Assembly (NCBI GenBank): GCA_040389445.1
Contig: JAZJZX010000014.1
Coordinates: 37,287 to 101,286 of the forward strand
Direction: 5' to 3'
Source of the DNA: Chloroflexota bacterium
Lineage (GTDB): Bacteria > Chloroflexota > Limnocylindria > Limnocylindrales > CSP1-4
DNA: 64,000 nucleotides
In this document: piece after piece, positions 18,360 to 29,583 of the stretch
How the letters are laid out: every line of letters starts with the position of its first letter
Numbering within the stretch: the stretch's first letter is position 1
The notes under the pieces: model-generated
The model's input: only the letters and a program-made list of their open reading frames with translations
The model's database searches: none
What the model was told of the DNA's origin: nothing
Program-made: the position numbers and the translations under genes

Positions 18360-19445
18360 TTGCGGCCACAGGAACTCGCCGAACGGCAGCTCGCCTACCT
18401 GCTCGAATCGCCGGACCTGCTGCATCCCGTGTTCCAACCGATCCTCTCGCTGGTCAGCGGGACCGTCGTCGGGCACGAGGGGTTCAGCCGCTTCGAGCTC
18501 GAGCCGGCTCGGCCCCCCAATCTCTGGTTCGCCGAGGCGACTCGCGTCGGCATGGGTGCCGACCTCCAGGCGATGGCGATACGGCGGATTCTGGGGGTCG
18601 CCGCACAGGCAGGTCTCCCGCCGGGGACGTTCCTTTCCCTGAACGTCAGTCCGCAGTTCCTGTCCCACCCCGCCGTCGCGGCTGCGATTGCGACGGCCGA
18701 AGAATCGCGCCTGGTGCTGGAACTCACGGAAGAGGAGGAGGTTCTCGACTACCGTGCCTTGCGGCGGGCCATGACCCCGTATCTTCGGAGCGGCGTGCGC
18801 TTCGCTGTGGACGATGCCGGGGCCGGCTTCGCATCGATGCGCCATGTGATCGAGCTGCAGCCGGCGTTCGTCAAGCTCGACGCCTATCTGATCCGGGGCA
18901 TGCGCAGTCGCCAGACGCTCCGAGCGTTCCTCCGGGCGATCAATGGATTCACCGTGGAGATCGGAGCCACGCTCGTCGCCGAGGGAGTGGAGACCGCGAG
19001 TGACCTCGGCGTTCTGAAGGAGACCGGGTTCCCGCTCCTGGCCCAGGGCTTCGCGATCGCTCGCCCGGCGGCAGCGTGGCCCGGCGTGCGTGTCGCCGTG
19101 ACCAAGGCGTGGCGTCGCGAGGCTGCGCCGATGGCTCCGCCATCGGTCGGGAATGGACGGCCCGGTGTGACCCAGTCCGCTCCGATCCCGATCGAGAACG
19201 CGGTGAATATCGGCGCCGCGCTGGGACCAGGCCTGCGCCGGGCCGGAATCGAGGACCTTGACACTCTCCGCAGGCTCGGAGCCGTTGAAGGGTGGCGACG
19301 CCTCCGAGCCATCGATCCCGACCTTGCCACGGATTGGGCCGTCGCCGCTCTCGAAGGCGCCATCCGCGGGACCCGCTGGGGTTCCGTCCCGAGCGCCGAG
19401 CGCCGCCGGCTCATCGCCACGATCGCGAAGATCGGAGAGGGGTAG
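18360..19445 (+). CDS. EAL-domain c-di-GMP phosphodiesterase with C-terminal TfoX_C-like domain
   Basis: FQPI..EGF, SLNVS, ELTE, DDAGAG, VKLD, AEGVET, QGF; tail NIG..LRRAGI..LRRLGAVE.W..ALEGAI.G.RW. Start uncertain. Confidence 0.85.
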   Translation: MRPQELAERQLAYLLESPDLLHPVFQPILSLVSGTVVGHEGFSRFELEPARPPNLWFAEATRVGMGADLQAMAIRRILGVAAQAGLPPGTFLSLNVSPQFLSHPAVAAAIATAEESRLVLELTEEEEVLDYRALRRAMTPYLRSGVRFAVDDAGAGFASMRHVIELQPAFVKLDAYLIRGMRSRQTLRAFLRAINGFTVEIGATLVAEGVETASDLGVLKETGFPLLAQGFAIARPAAAWPGVRVAVTKAWRREAAPMAPPSVGNGRPGVTQSAPIPIENAVNIGAALGPGLRRAGIEDLDTLRRLGAVEGWRRLRAIDPDLATDWAVAALEGAIRGTRWGSVPSAERRRLIATIAKIGEG

Positions 19446-19597
19446 CGATCGTCAGACGCTGCCACCGCACAGCGAGTGCGTCGGCCCGTCGCTGAGCGTT
19501 CCGGGAACGGGGGTCCGGAGGCGCGCTCCTTGCTGCGGGACGGGCCCTTGGTCAGCCAGGCAGTCTCAGCACCGCCACATCGACGGGCTGCTGGTCA

Positions 19598-19636
19598 GGC
19601 ATCCCCTCGCCGGTCAGCGGCCGGAGGGGGGATGCC
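19598..19636 (-). terminator. Hairpin downstream of nrdJ
   Basis: GGCATCCCC...GGGGATGCC inverted repeat between convergent genes; no U-tract. Confidence 0.5.
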
Positions 19637-19668
19637 ATTGAAGCCTCGTCCTCGCGGAGGGCGATCTC

Positions 19669-22812
<3,144 letters not shown>

Positions 22813-23194
22813 TGCTTTCTCTCCTCCATCCCCGCCGACGGTGCTGCCGCCGGTCGGTTCGCCTTCTCCGCTCGTGACGCCGTCCTTGCGTGGCGTCGCG
22901 GCGGGATCCGCTTCTTCCGGTTCCCTGGGTGGGCCCGGTTGCTGCAGTGGACCGTCAGGACCGTGGGCGGGTCCACGACGGCAATCTGCCGACATTCATC
23001 CGGGGGTCTGTCCTCGTGCCGACGGCTCGCCGCTGAGCGGCGCCGCCAGTAGCTGCGAACGAACCCCCTGCGTCCGGTCGTGTCGTGGGCCTCGACTCCG
23101 GCTGGGGCACCCGACGGGACCCGGGTCTTGCGACCTGGGTGACTCCGTTGGCGGCCGGACTGGGGCTGGACGGCGACGATCGAGCGACCTGCAA

Positions 23195-23223
23195 ACAGTA
23201 CGCCGCGAGGCGGTGCCGGTCAA
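23195..23223 (-). promoter_or_regulatory. sigma70-type promoter for nrdJ
   Basis: Minus strand TTGACC (23223-23218)-N17-TACTGT (23200-23195). Confidence 0.7.
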
Positions 23224-23231
23224 GCCCAAAA

Positions 23232-23280
23232 ACACAAGATGTAGTGGTTGCCATTGGGGGCCATGCGCTACATGTGGTGT
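23232..23280. promoter_or_regulatory. Tandem NrdR boxes
   Basis: acacaagatgtagtgg (23232-23247) and gcgctacatgtggtgt (23265-23280) match the acaCwAtATaTwGtgt consensus and lie upstream of an RNR gene. Confidence 0.8.
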
Positions 23281-23353
23281 AGGTGGCAAACGCGAGGTCT
23301 CGCCCGAGTCGGCTCCGGTTCACCCATGTTGCGGCCGCGACGCGGGCACGACT

Positions 23354-23425
23354 TTATCCACCTGGGACCCGAATGTTTCCACGTCCCGACCGGATTCATC
23401 CACTGCGCCAGCCGGCTTGTCCACG
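23354..23425 (+). promoter_or_regulatory. Four DnaA-box-like 9-mers at 21-bp spacing
   Basis: TTATCCACC at 23354, GTTTCCACG at 23375, TCATCCACT at 23396, TTGTCCACG at 23417. Confidence 0.6.
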
Positions 23426-23519
23426 GTGTTGGCCGAGTTGCGCCCAGGAAGGGAGGTCCTCGATACGGGATGACAACGAACACCTGATCGATTTCCATGC
23501 CCGCGGCTCCTGAACGGCC

Positions 23520-23670
23520 GCGCCCAGGTGACGGGGGCGGCGGCCCGCGGCGGCGGCCCGTGGCGGCGGCCGGTGGCGGGGCGGGTCGGGCCCAACGTGG
23601 CGGCGCGGCCGTGGCGGCGGCAACAGGAACGTCGGCGGCCGGCCCGTGGCGGCGGCCCGTGGCGGGAACT
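23520..23670. repeat. Degenerate GC-rich repeat tract
   Basis: Multiple ggcggcggcccgtggcggc-like units. Confidence 0.6.
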
Positions 23671-23738
23671 GGAACGTCGGCGATCCGGCGTGATGCCGCG
23701 GTAAGCGCCGCATATGGCTCGAAGGTCAGACTCCTCTG

Positions 23739-24536
23739 ATGCAGGACATCGTCTTCGGGACGCGAGTACGCAGCGTGCGGATCCGACTCGGCCTTCGCCA
23801 GGCGGATGTGGCCGCCAGATCAAGGGTGTCGGACATGACGGTGTCGCGGATCGAGCACGGCCATCTCGACGCGGTCACGATCGCGGCGCTTCGGGCGGTC
23901 GCCTCGACCCTGGAGATTCGCGTGGACATCGTGCCTCGCTGGCGCGGCGGGGACCTCGATCGGCTCGTCAACGCTCGCCATGCGGCCCTCGCCGAGGTGT
24001 GCGTTCAGCGCCTGCGCACGATCGGGGGCTGGGAGGTTCGTCCCGAGGTTTCGTTCTCAATCTACGGCGAGCGCGGCATCATCGACCTCCTTGCCTGGCA
24101 TGCAGGGTCGCGCTCCCTCGTGGTCATCGAGCTCAAGACCGAGATCGTGGACGTCGGGGAACTCCTCGGAACCTTCGACCGCAAGGTCAGGCTTGCGCGG
24201 GAGATAGGGTTCGACCTGGGTTGGCGGGCCAAGACGGTATCGGCATGTCTCGTGGTCGCGGAGGGCCGCACGAACCGACGGCGGATCGAGGCGCATGCGG
24301 GTCTCATCAGATCTGCCCTTCCGCACGACGGTCGACACTTCTGGCCGTGGCTCGCCAGCCCGAGCGAATGGGTCCGGGCCATCGTGGTTGTGTCAGACCA
24401 ACATCACGGCAGGCCCAGGACAAGTCTTTCGACGCCCCGCCGGGTCCCGGGGCATCGCGCGCCGGGTAACGCGGGCGTGGTTGCGCGTGCATCGGCCGTT
24501 TCGAGCACGAAGACTACTGGTCAGCCCGCCCGATGA
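23739..24536 (+). CDS. XRE-HTH plus PD-(D/E)XK nuclease-like protein
   Basis: HTH (RIRLGLRQADVA..VSRIEHG), then E..IDLLAW..VIELKT. Confidence 0.75.
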   Translation: MQDIVFGTRVRSVRIRLGLRQADVAARSRVSDMTVSRIEHGHLDAVTIAALRAVASTLEIRVDIVPRWRGGDLDRLVNARHAALAEVCVQRLRTIGGWEVRPEVSFSIYGERGIIDLLAWHAGSRSLVVIELKTEIVDVGELLGTFDRKVRLAREIGFDLGWRAKTVSACLVVAEGRTNRRRIEAHAGLIRSALPHDGRHFWPWLASPSEWVRAIVVVSDQHHGRPRTSLSTPRRVPGHRAPGNAGVVARASAVSSTKTTGQPAR

Positions 24537-24645
24537 ACACAGCCTTGCAGGGACCGGCGACCTGGGCGAGTGGTGGGCGCCTCTAGCCGCGCGCGACCTG
24601 GCCGGCGACCTGGCCTCAACCCTTCGTGATGTCGGTTGGACACAA

Positions 24646-24753
24646 CGCGTCCGATGCTCCGCCCGCCCCGGCCCCCGCCCCCGCCCCGGCACCGGCCCGC
24701 GTCCGATGCTCCGCCCGCCCCGGGCCCCGCCCCGGCACCGGCCCGCGTCCGAT
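24646..24753. repeat. About 50-bp imperfect tandem repeat
   Basis: cgcgtccgatgctccgcccgccccgg..ccccgccccggcaccggcc twice plus a partial third copy. Confidence 0.75.
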
Positions 24754-24816
24754 TGGCGCTCGTGCCCGCCCCGCCCAGGGCCCGCATTCGACGCCCAACG
24801 CGCCGCGGGATGGGCG

Positions 24817-26157
24817 TCAGCCGCCGCGGAGGGCTCGGAGGAGGGTCCGAGGGGTGGGCCGCTGCCCGTAGAGGAGGACGCCGGAACGGTAAAGGCGTGC
24901 GGCAACCCACAGCGCGATCGGGATGAAGATCACCAGCAGCAGGATCGAGACGAGCGCGTCGACCGGCGAGGCTGCGCCCTGGCTCAGTCGAGTGAGCATG
25001 AGGTACGGGCTGAAGAACGGGATGAACGAGAGCACGATGACCAGGGGCGAATCGATCGGGATCAGGCCCGTCCCGGCATACGAGGCGACCATGTACCCTC
25101 CGACGGAGAGCAAGGTCAGCGGCGCCACGATCTGATTGACATCCTCCTGCCGACTCACGAGGGATGCGGCACCCGCGTACAGCACGGCATACAGGGTGAA
25201 CCCGAGCACGAACATCACCCCGAAGACCGCGAGCAGCGCGAGGGACAGGCCCTGTGGCAGCCCGACCATCGCGGGCCCGCCGAAGATGAGCGCCGCGATG
25301 CGGTCCTGCAGGACCAGGGCGATGGCCGATGGCACGAGCACGATGAGGTACTGCACGAGCGCCAGTCCGCCAACGCCCACGACCTTGCCGCTGAGCAGCT
25401 GGAACGGGGTTGCGGCGGCGAGGACGACCTCCATGACCCGGCTGTTCTTCTCCTCAGCCACGCTGAAGGCGACCCACTGGGCGTACAGGATGATCGCCAT
25501 GAAGAGCAGGATCGAGAGCGCGAATCCGATGGCAAACGAGCTCACATACGCTTCGCCCGAGGTCGGCCCGTTGGTCGCGGCGTTCGGGTCGGCCGGTTCC
25601 AGCACGAACGCCGGTGGCGCGAACAGGGCCGCCTGATCACCCGGGGAGAGCCCGGCTCGCTGGAGCCGGTCCTGGATCGCGATCGAACTGACCGCCTGCT
25701 GGATGATCAGGTTGTTTCGAGACAGGATCCCGTCCTTCGAATAGAGCGTGAAGGCAAGGTCGCCGGCCGGCGCTCGATCGACCGCGAGCAGCGCGGCGGC
25801 CGACCCGTCGATGACGTCGGCGCGGCCTGCCTCGATGGTCGCCGCCACCTCGACCCGATAGGCCGACGCGCCAGCGCCGTTCGCCGGGAGCCCGGGGATC
25901 GGCGCATTCAGGAGGAGACCAAGCGCGAGGGGGACGTCCACGCCGGGTTGCGAGTCACCGACGAAGACCTCGATCCGGTCGCCGGCGCTGCCGCGGTCGA
26001 TGAATCGGATGATCACCGGCGCGAGGGCCAGCCCGATGCCCACCAGCACCAGCAGGGCGGTCGTCAGGCGGAAGGTCCGGGTCCGGCCACGCCAGACGAA
26101 CTCGCGCCGCGCGACCGCACCGATGTTGCGGAGGGTGTCGGCCGGCGACGGCCTCAC
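24817..26157 (-). CDS. ABC-2 type exporter permease (NatB/YhaP-like)
   Basis: VARREF, SVAEEKNSRVMEVVL, LLSGKVVG, AASLVSRQED, IPFFSP, ARLYRSGVLLYG. Confidence 0.9.
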   Translation of the reverse strand: MRPSPADTLRNIGAVARREFVWRGRTRTFRLTTALLVLVGIGLALAPVIIRFIDRGSAGDRIEVFVGDSQPGVDVPLALGLLLNAPIPGLPANGAGASAYRVEVAATIEAGRADVIDGSAAALLAVDRAPAGDLAFTLYSKDGILSRNNLIIQQAVSSIAIQDRLQRAGLSPGDQAALFAPPAFVLEPADPNAATNGPTSGEAYVSSFAIGFALSILLFMAIILYAQWVAFSVAEEKNSRVMEVVLAAATPFQLLSGKVVGVGGLALVQYLIVLVPSAIALVLQDRIAALIFGGPAMVGLPQGLSLALLAVFGVMFVLGFTLYAVLYAGAASLVSRQEDVNQIVAPLTLLSVGGYMVASYAGTGLIPIDSPLVIVLSFIPFFSPYLMLTRLSQGAASPVDALVSILLLVIFIPIALWVAARLYRSGVLLYGQRPTPRTLLRALRGG

Positions 26158-26195
26158 GGGACCAGCTCGTTCATTGGGGCGAGCTCGTTCATCAT
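26154..26195 (-). other. 13-codon mini-ORF MMNELAPMNELVP bridging ATPase and permease
   Basis: ATGA overlap with the ATPase stop and GTGA overlap with the permease start; built from an 18-nt duplication. Confidence 0.5.
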
Positions 26196-27127
26196 GGCGC
26201 CTCGGCGAGATGGTGCTCCTCGGACGGAGCCCGCCCGACCCGCTCGATGAAGATCTGCTCGATCGACGGGTCGGCAATGAGAAACTGCGTCACGCGTTCG
26301 CCCCGCGCGATCGCCGCGCCCAGCACCTCCTGGGGATCGTGACCGCGAGCCACATCCAGCTCCACGAAGTCCCGACCGGGCCGGACCACCGTGACGCCCT
26401 CGAGGTCGCCGAGCCACGGCAATTCGGCATTGCCCTCGACGCCGAGCCGGACGATCTGCCGTCCGCTGGCACGCTTGACGTCCCGGATCGGACCGCCCAG
26501 CACCAGCTTCCCGCGATCGATGATGGCGACGGCCTCGCACAGTTCTTCGACCATTTCCATCTGGTGGGTCGAAAAGACGAGTGTCGTGCCGCGCTGTCGC
26601 ATCTCCTCGAACGCCTCCTTGAGGAGTGACACGTTGACCGGGTCGAGTCCGACGAACGGTTCATCCATGATCACGACCTCGGGCTCGTGGAGGATGGCGG
26701 CGATCAACTGGACCTTCTGCTGGTTGCCCTTGGACAGCTCCTCGGCGCGCCGTCGCTCGTAGTCCGGAATGCGGAACCGGGCGAGCCACTCCCGAGCCCG
26801 AGCGGCCGCTTCGCGGCGGGGGATGGCGTACAGGGACGCAAAGAAGACCAGCTGCTCCAGGACCTCCAGGCGGGGGTACAGGCCGCGCTCCTCGGGCAGG
26901 TAGCCCCACGTCCGGCGCGGCACATCGGTGGCGGGTATTCCGTTCCACGTGACCGTGCCGCCGTCCGGACGGAGGATGTCCAGGACGATTCGCATCGTGG
27001 TGGTCTTGCCCGCCCCGTTCGCGCCGAGGAACCCGAAGACCTGGCCGCGCTCAACGCTGAAGGAGACACCGTCGAGGGCCGTGATGGGCCCGAACCGTTT
27101 CGTGAGTCCGTCGAGAACCAGGGTCAT
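26192..27127 (-). CDS. ABC exporter ATP-binding protein (YhaQ-like)
   Basis: GANGAGKTT, GYLPEERGLY, LSKGNQQK, DEPFVGLDP. Confidence 0.93.
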   Translation of the reverse strand: MTLVLDGLTKRFGPITALDGVSFSVERGQVFGFLGANGAGKTTTMRIVLDILRPDGGTVTWNGIPATDVPRRTWGYLPEERGLYPRLEVLEQLVFFASLYAIPRREAAARAREWLARFRIPDYERRRAEELSKGNQQKVQLIAAILHEPEVVIMDEPFVGLDPVNVSLLKEAFEEMRQRGTTLVFSTHQMEMVEELCEAVAIIDRGKLVLGGPIRDVKRASGRQIVRLGVEGNAELPWLGDLEGVTVVRPGRDFVELDVARGHDPQEVLGAAIARGERVTQFLIADPSIEQIFIERVGRAPSEEHHLAEAP

Positions 27128-27143
27128 CGTGGTTCAGGATACG

Positions 27144-27288
27144 GCGCGCCGCGGGTCAAGCGCCGCGCCGCGGGTCACGCACCGACGCCGCCGGTCAAGC
27201 GCCGCGCCGCCGGCTCGCGCCACTGCCGCGGGGTCATGGCCCGCCGCGGGTCACGCGCCCGCGCCGCCGGCTAACGCCCCGCGGGTCT
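27144..27288. repeat. Degenerate ~20-bp repeat tract
   Basis: Several gcgccgcgggtca/gcgccgccggtca units between ccsA and the ABC ATPase. Confidence 0.6.
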
Positions 27289-27290
27289 GG

Positions 27291-28241
27291 CTACAGCCCG
27301 GAATACGCGTGCAGCCCGCTGAACCAGAGCGAGCCCGAGTAGGTCACCAGGACCATGAAGAACCCGACGACCAGCAGGATCGCCGCGGGCCGCCCGGCCC
27401 ACGACCGCTGGTTGCGCGCGTGGAGATAGATCGCGTAGATGAGCCAGGTCACGAGCGCCGCGGTTTCCTTCGGGTCCCAGCCCCAGTAGCGGGACCAGGC
27501 GATCGAGGCCCACCACGACCCGAGGATGATCATGGTCGCGAAGATCGGGAACCCGATGATCACGGCTCGATAGGCGACCTCATCGAGGACGCGATGCGAC
27601 GGCAGCCAGGAGAACCGGTCCTCGCGACCCTGGATGAGGTAGCCGATCCCGGCCCCGAACGACGTGGCAAAGATCCCGTAGCTGAGCATCGCCATCCCGA
27701 CGTGGATCGTGAGCAGCGGGGCGTTCTGCAGCGCCGGCACCAGTGGCACGATCTGCGACGGCAGCGACGAGGCGTACAGCGCGAGTCCGAGGGCGACGCC
27801 GGTCGGCACGAAGCCGATGGATCGGATGGGATAGCGGCGGGACAGGACCAGGTACCCGCCGAGGATCGAGGCTGCGAACGCGACCGTGAACTCGAACATG
27901 TTGCCGTAAGGCCCGCGACCGACCACGATCGCGCGGAGGAGCAGGGACCCGGCCATCGAGGTGAACGCGAGGACCGCGAGCCCGTACGCGGCGCCGGAAA
28001 GTGCGCTCCCGGCGGCAAACGGGGGAGGACCGGACGACGTCGCGGCGGCCCGGGCCTGGACGAACGATCCGGTGGCCACACCGGCCCAGGCGGCCTCCGA
28101 CGGCCTGGGGGCGAGCGACGCCAGCGCGGCGACGGCACGACGGCCGTTGGCCAGGAGCACGGCATGTCCGATGTGGGCGGCAAAGCCGACCGCGAGAATG
28201 ACCGTGCCGATGGTGAACAGCAGCTGCGAGACCAATTCCAT
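27291..28241 (-). CDS. ccsA: Cytochrome c biogenesis protein CcsA/ResC (system II)
   Basis: PYGNMFE, LVPALQ..LTIHV, WWD domain WASIAWSRYWGWDPKET, YLH, GLHAY. Confidence 0.93.
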   Translation of the reverse strand: MELVSQLLFTIGTVILAVGFAAHIGHAVLLANGRRAVAALASLAPRPSEAAWAGVATGSFVQARAAATSSGPPPFAAGSALSGAAYGLAVLAFTSMAGSLLLRAIVVGRGPYGNMFEFTVAFAASILGGYLVLSRRYPIRSIGFVPTGVALGLALYASSLPSQIVPLVPALQNAPLLTIHVGMAMLSYGIFATSFGAGIGYLIQGREDRFSWLPSHRVLDEVAYRAVIIGFPIFATMIILGSWWASIAWSRYWGWDPKETAALVTWLIYAIYLHARNQRSWAGRPAAILLVVGFFMVLVTYSGSLWFSGLHAYSGL

Positions 28242-28337
28242 GACTTTCTCCGCGACGTCGGGACGCTGGCCCTGGTTCCCGATCAGGTAGGTGTCTGGGG
28301 CCGGCCGAAGCGCATGGCCGGCGGCCGAATCGCCGCG

Positions 28338-28808
28338 TCAGGCGGCGGCTGCGCCTCCCGAAGGTGGCCCGGCCGGGCGGAGCGCCCGTCCGCGATTCTC
28401 GATCCTGAGGACCAGGCCGCAGTTGCCGCACGTATCCACCCTGGCCTGTCGACCGGCCTCGCATTTCGGGCAGCGAACAAGGAGCTCGCGGCCACAGGTA
28501 TCGCAGCGTGTGACCCCGAACGGATAGACGAGCTGATCCGTGGGGCAGTACGGCTCACCGGCGGGGTAGACGGCCTGTCCGTCCTCGATCGCGGCAACGA
28601 CGGGGCCCTCGATGATCGACAGCTTCGCGCGCGGCGCGCGAACGACGTAGATGAACCAGCCGAGGGCCAGGAGCGAGACGAGCGGCCCGACCACACCGAC
28701 CAGGAGGAAAACCGGCAGCAGACCGATGAGGGCGCCCCAGTCGGGAATGACGATTCCCGAGATCGCCCCGAGGAACCCGTGCCACGCCTGCTGGAGGGCT
28801 TCAATCAC
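28338..28808 (-). CDS. Membrane protein with C-terminal double zinc ribbon
   Basis: N-terminal TM segment; CPTD/CDTC/CPKC/CGNC; -10 TAGGAT 6 nt before GTG. Confidence 0.75.
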   Translation of the reverse strand: MIEALQQAWHGFLGAISGIVIPDWGALIGLLPVFLLVGVVGPLVSLLALGWFIYVVRAPRAKLSIIEGPVVAAIEDGQAVYPAGEPYCPTDQLVYPFGVTRCDTCGRELLVRCPKCEAGRQARVDTCGNCGLVLRIENRGRALRPAGPPSGGAAAA

Positions 28809-28830
28809 GGCGAAATCCTAGCAGTCAGGG

Positions 28831-29445
28831 TCAATCGCGGTCCTGGGCATTCGGCGTGCGCGGCGCCCGTCGATGGCCAATGGTCGTGCCGGCCCTGGGT
28901 CCGGGGACGGCTTGACGACCGCGGGCGGGGCCGCCCCGTTGGGGTCGGTCCTCGAAGGCCTGTCCGATTCGGCGGGCGAGCCAGGCCGTCCCGGCCACCC
29001 GGGCACCCTTGGATTGCACCAGGTTCCGCAGCCCGCGGTCATCGGTGACCACGAGGATGCCCCACGTCCCGGCCGGCCCGTCGGCGTGGAGCTGGGCCAG
29101 GACACCCTCATCGATCAGGCGATCCGCCGTTTCGCGCCCCGAGTAGGACACGCGCAGGCCGGTGGCGAGCCGGCCGGCCACGCCGCCCGTTGCGCGGCCA
29201 TCGAACACCAGCTCGACGCTGACCGACGGCGGAAACGCGGCGCGGAGCCGGCCGATGACCGCGCCGGCCGGGACGGGGGGGCCGTCGGTCAGGGCGGCTC
29301 CTCGCTCGCGTACCGGACCTCGCCCCAGGGCGAACAGCAGGTTTGAACCGTCGATGAAGACGCGCTCCACACCGGCCATCGGATCGGCCGTCGCCGCCGC
29401 GCCGGGGCTTGGTGCGGGCATGGGACGATGCGCTCGACGGGTCAT
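28831..29445 (-). CDS. NYN/YacP-like PIN-fold nuclease
   Basis: VFIDGSNL, LVFDG, TADRLI, VVTDDRGL. Start uncertain (29379, 29421 or 29445). Confidence 0.78.
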   Translation of the reverse strand: MTRRAHRPMPAPSPGAAATADPMAGVERVFIDGSNLLFALGRGPVRERGAALTDGPPVPAGAVIGRLRAAFPPSVSVELVFDGRATGGVAGRLATGLRVSYSGRETADRLIDEGVLAQLHADGPAGTWGILVVTDDRGLRNLVQSKGARVAGTAWLARRIGQAFEDRPQRGGPARGRQAVPGPRAGTTIGHRRAPRTPNAQDRD

Positions 29446-29583
29446 GCCCGGACGCCGAGCGGCCGGACGGCGCTCCGGATCCTGGGAGCGTCCTCGACCA
29501 CGACCATGCGATTGCCCCACGGGACGGCGGCTCGGCGGGAGATCGGCGGCATGGACCCATGCTACCGGCTAGCATCGGCTTCC

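Noticed and set aside
22813-22995. 61-aa N-terminal extension of NrdJ from the ORF track
   Set aside because: A strong GGAGG SD precedes the ATG at 22812 and the extension is low-complexity.
22813-23190. Cobalamin riboswitch upstream of nrdJ
   Set aside because: Only a weak CCACTG..GGGAA resemblance; the conserved core and B12 box were not found by eye.
23354-23425. Replication origin (oriC)
   Set aside because: No dnaA/dnaN nearby and no clear AT-rich unwinding element; kept only as a regulatory candidate.
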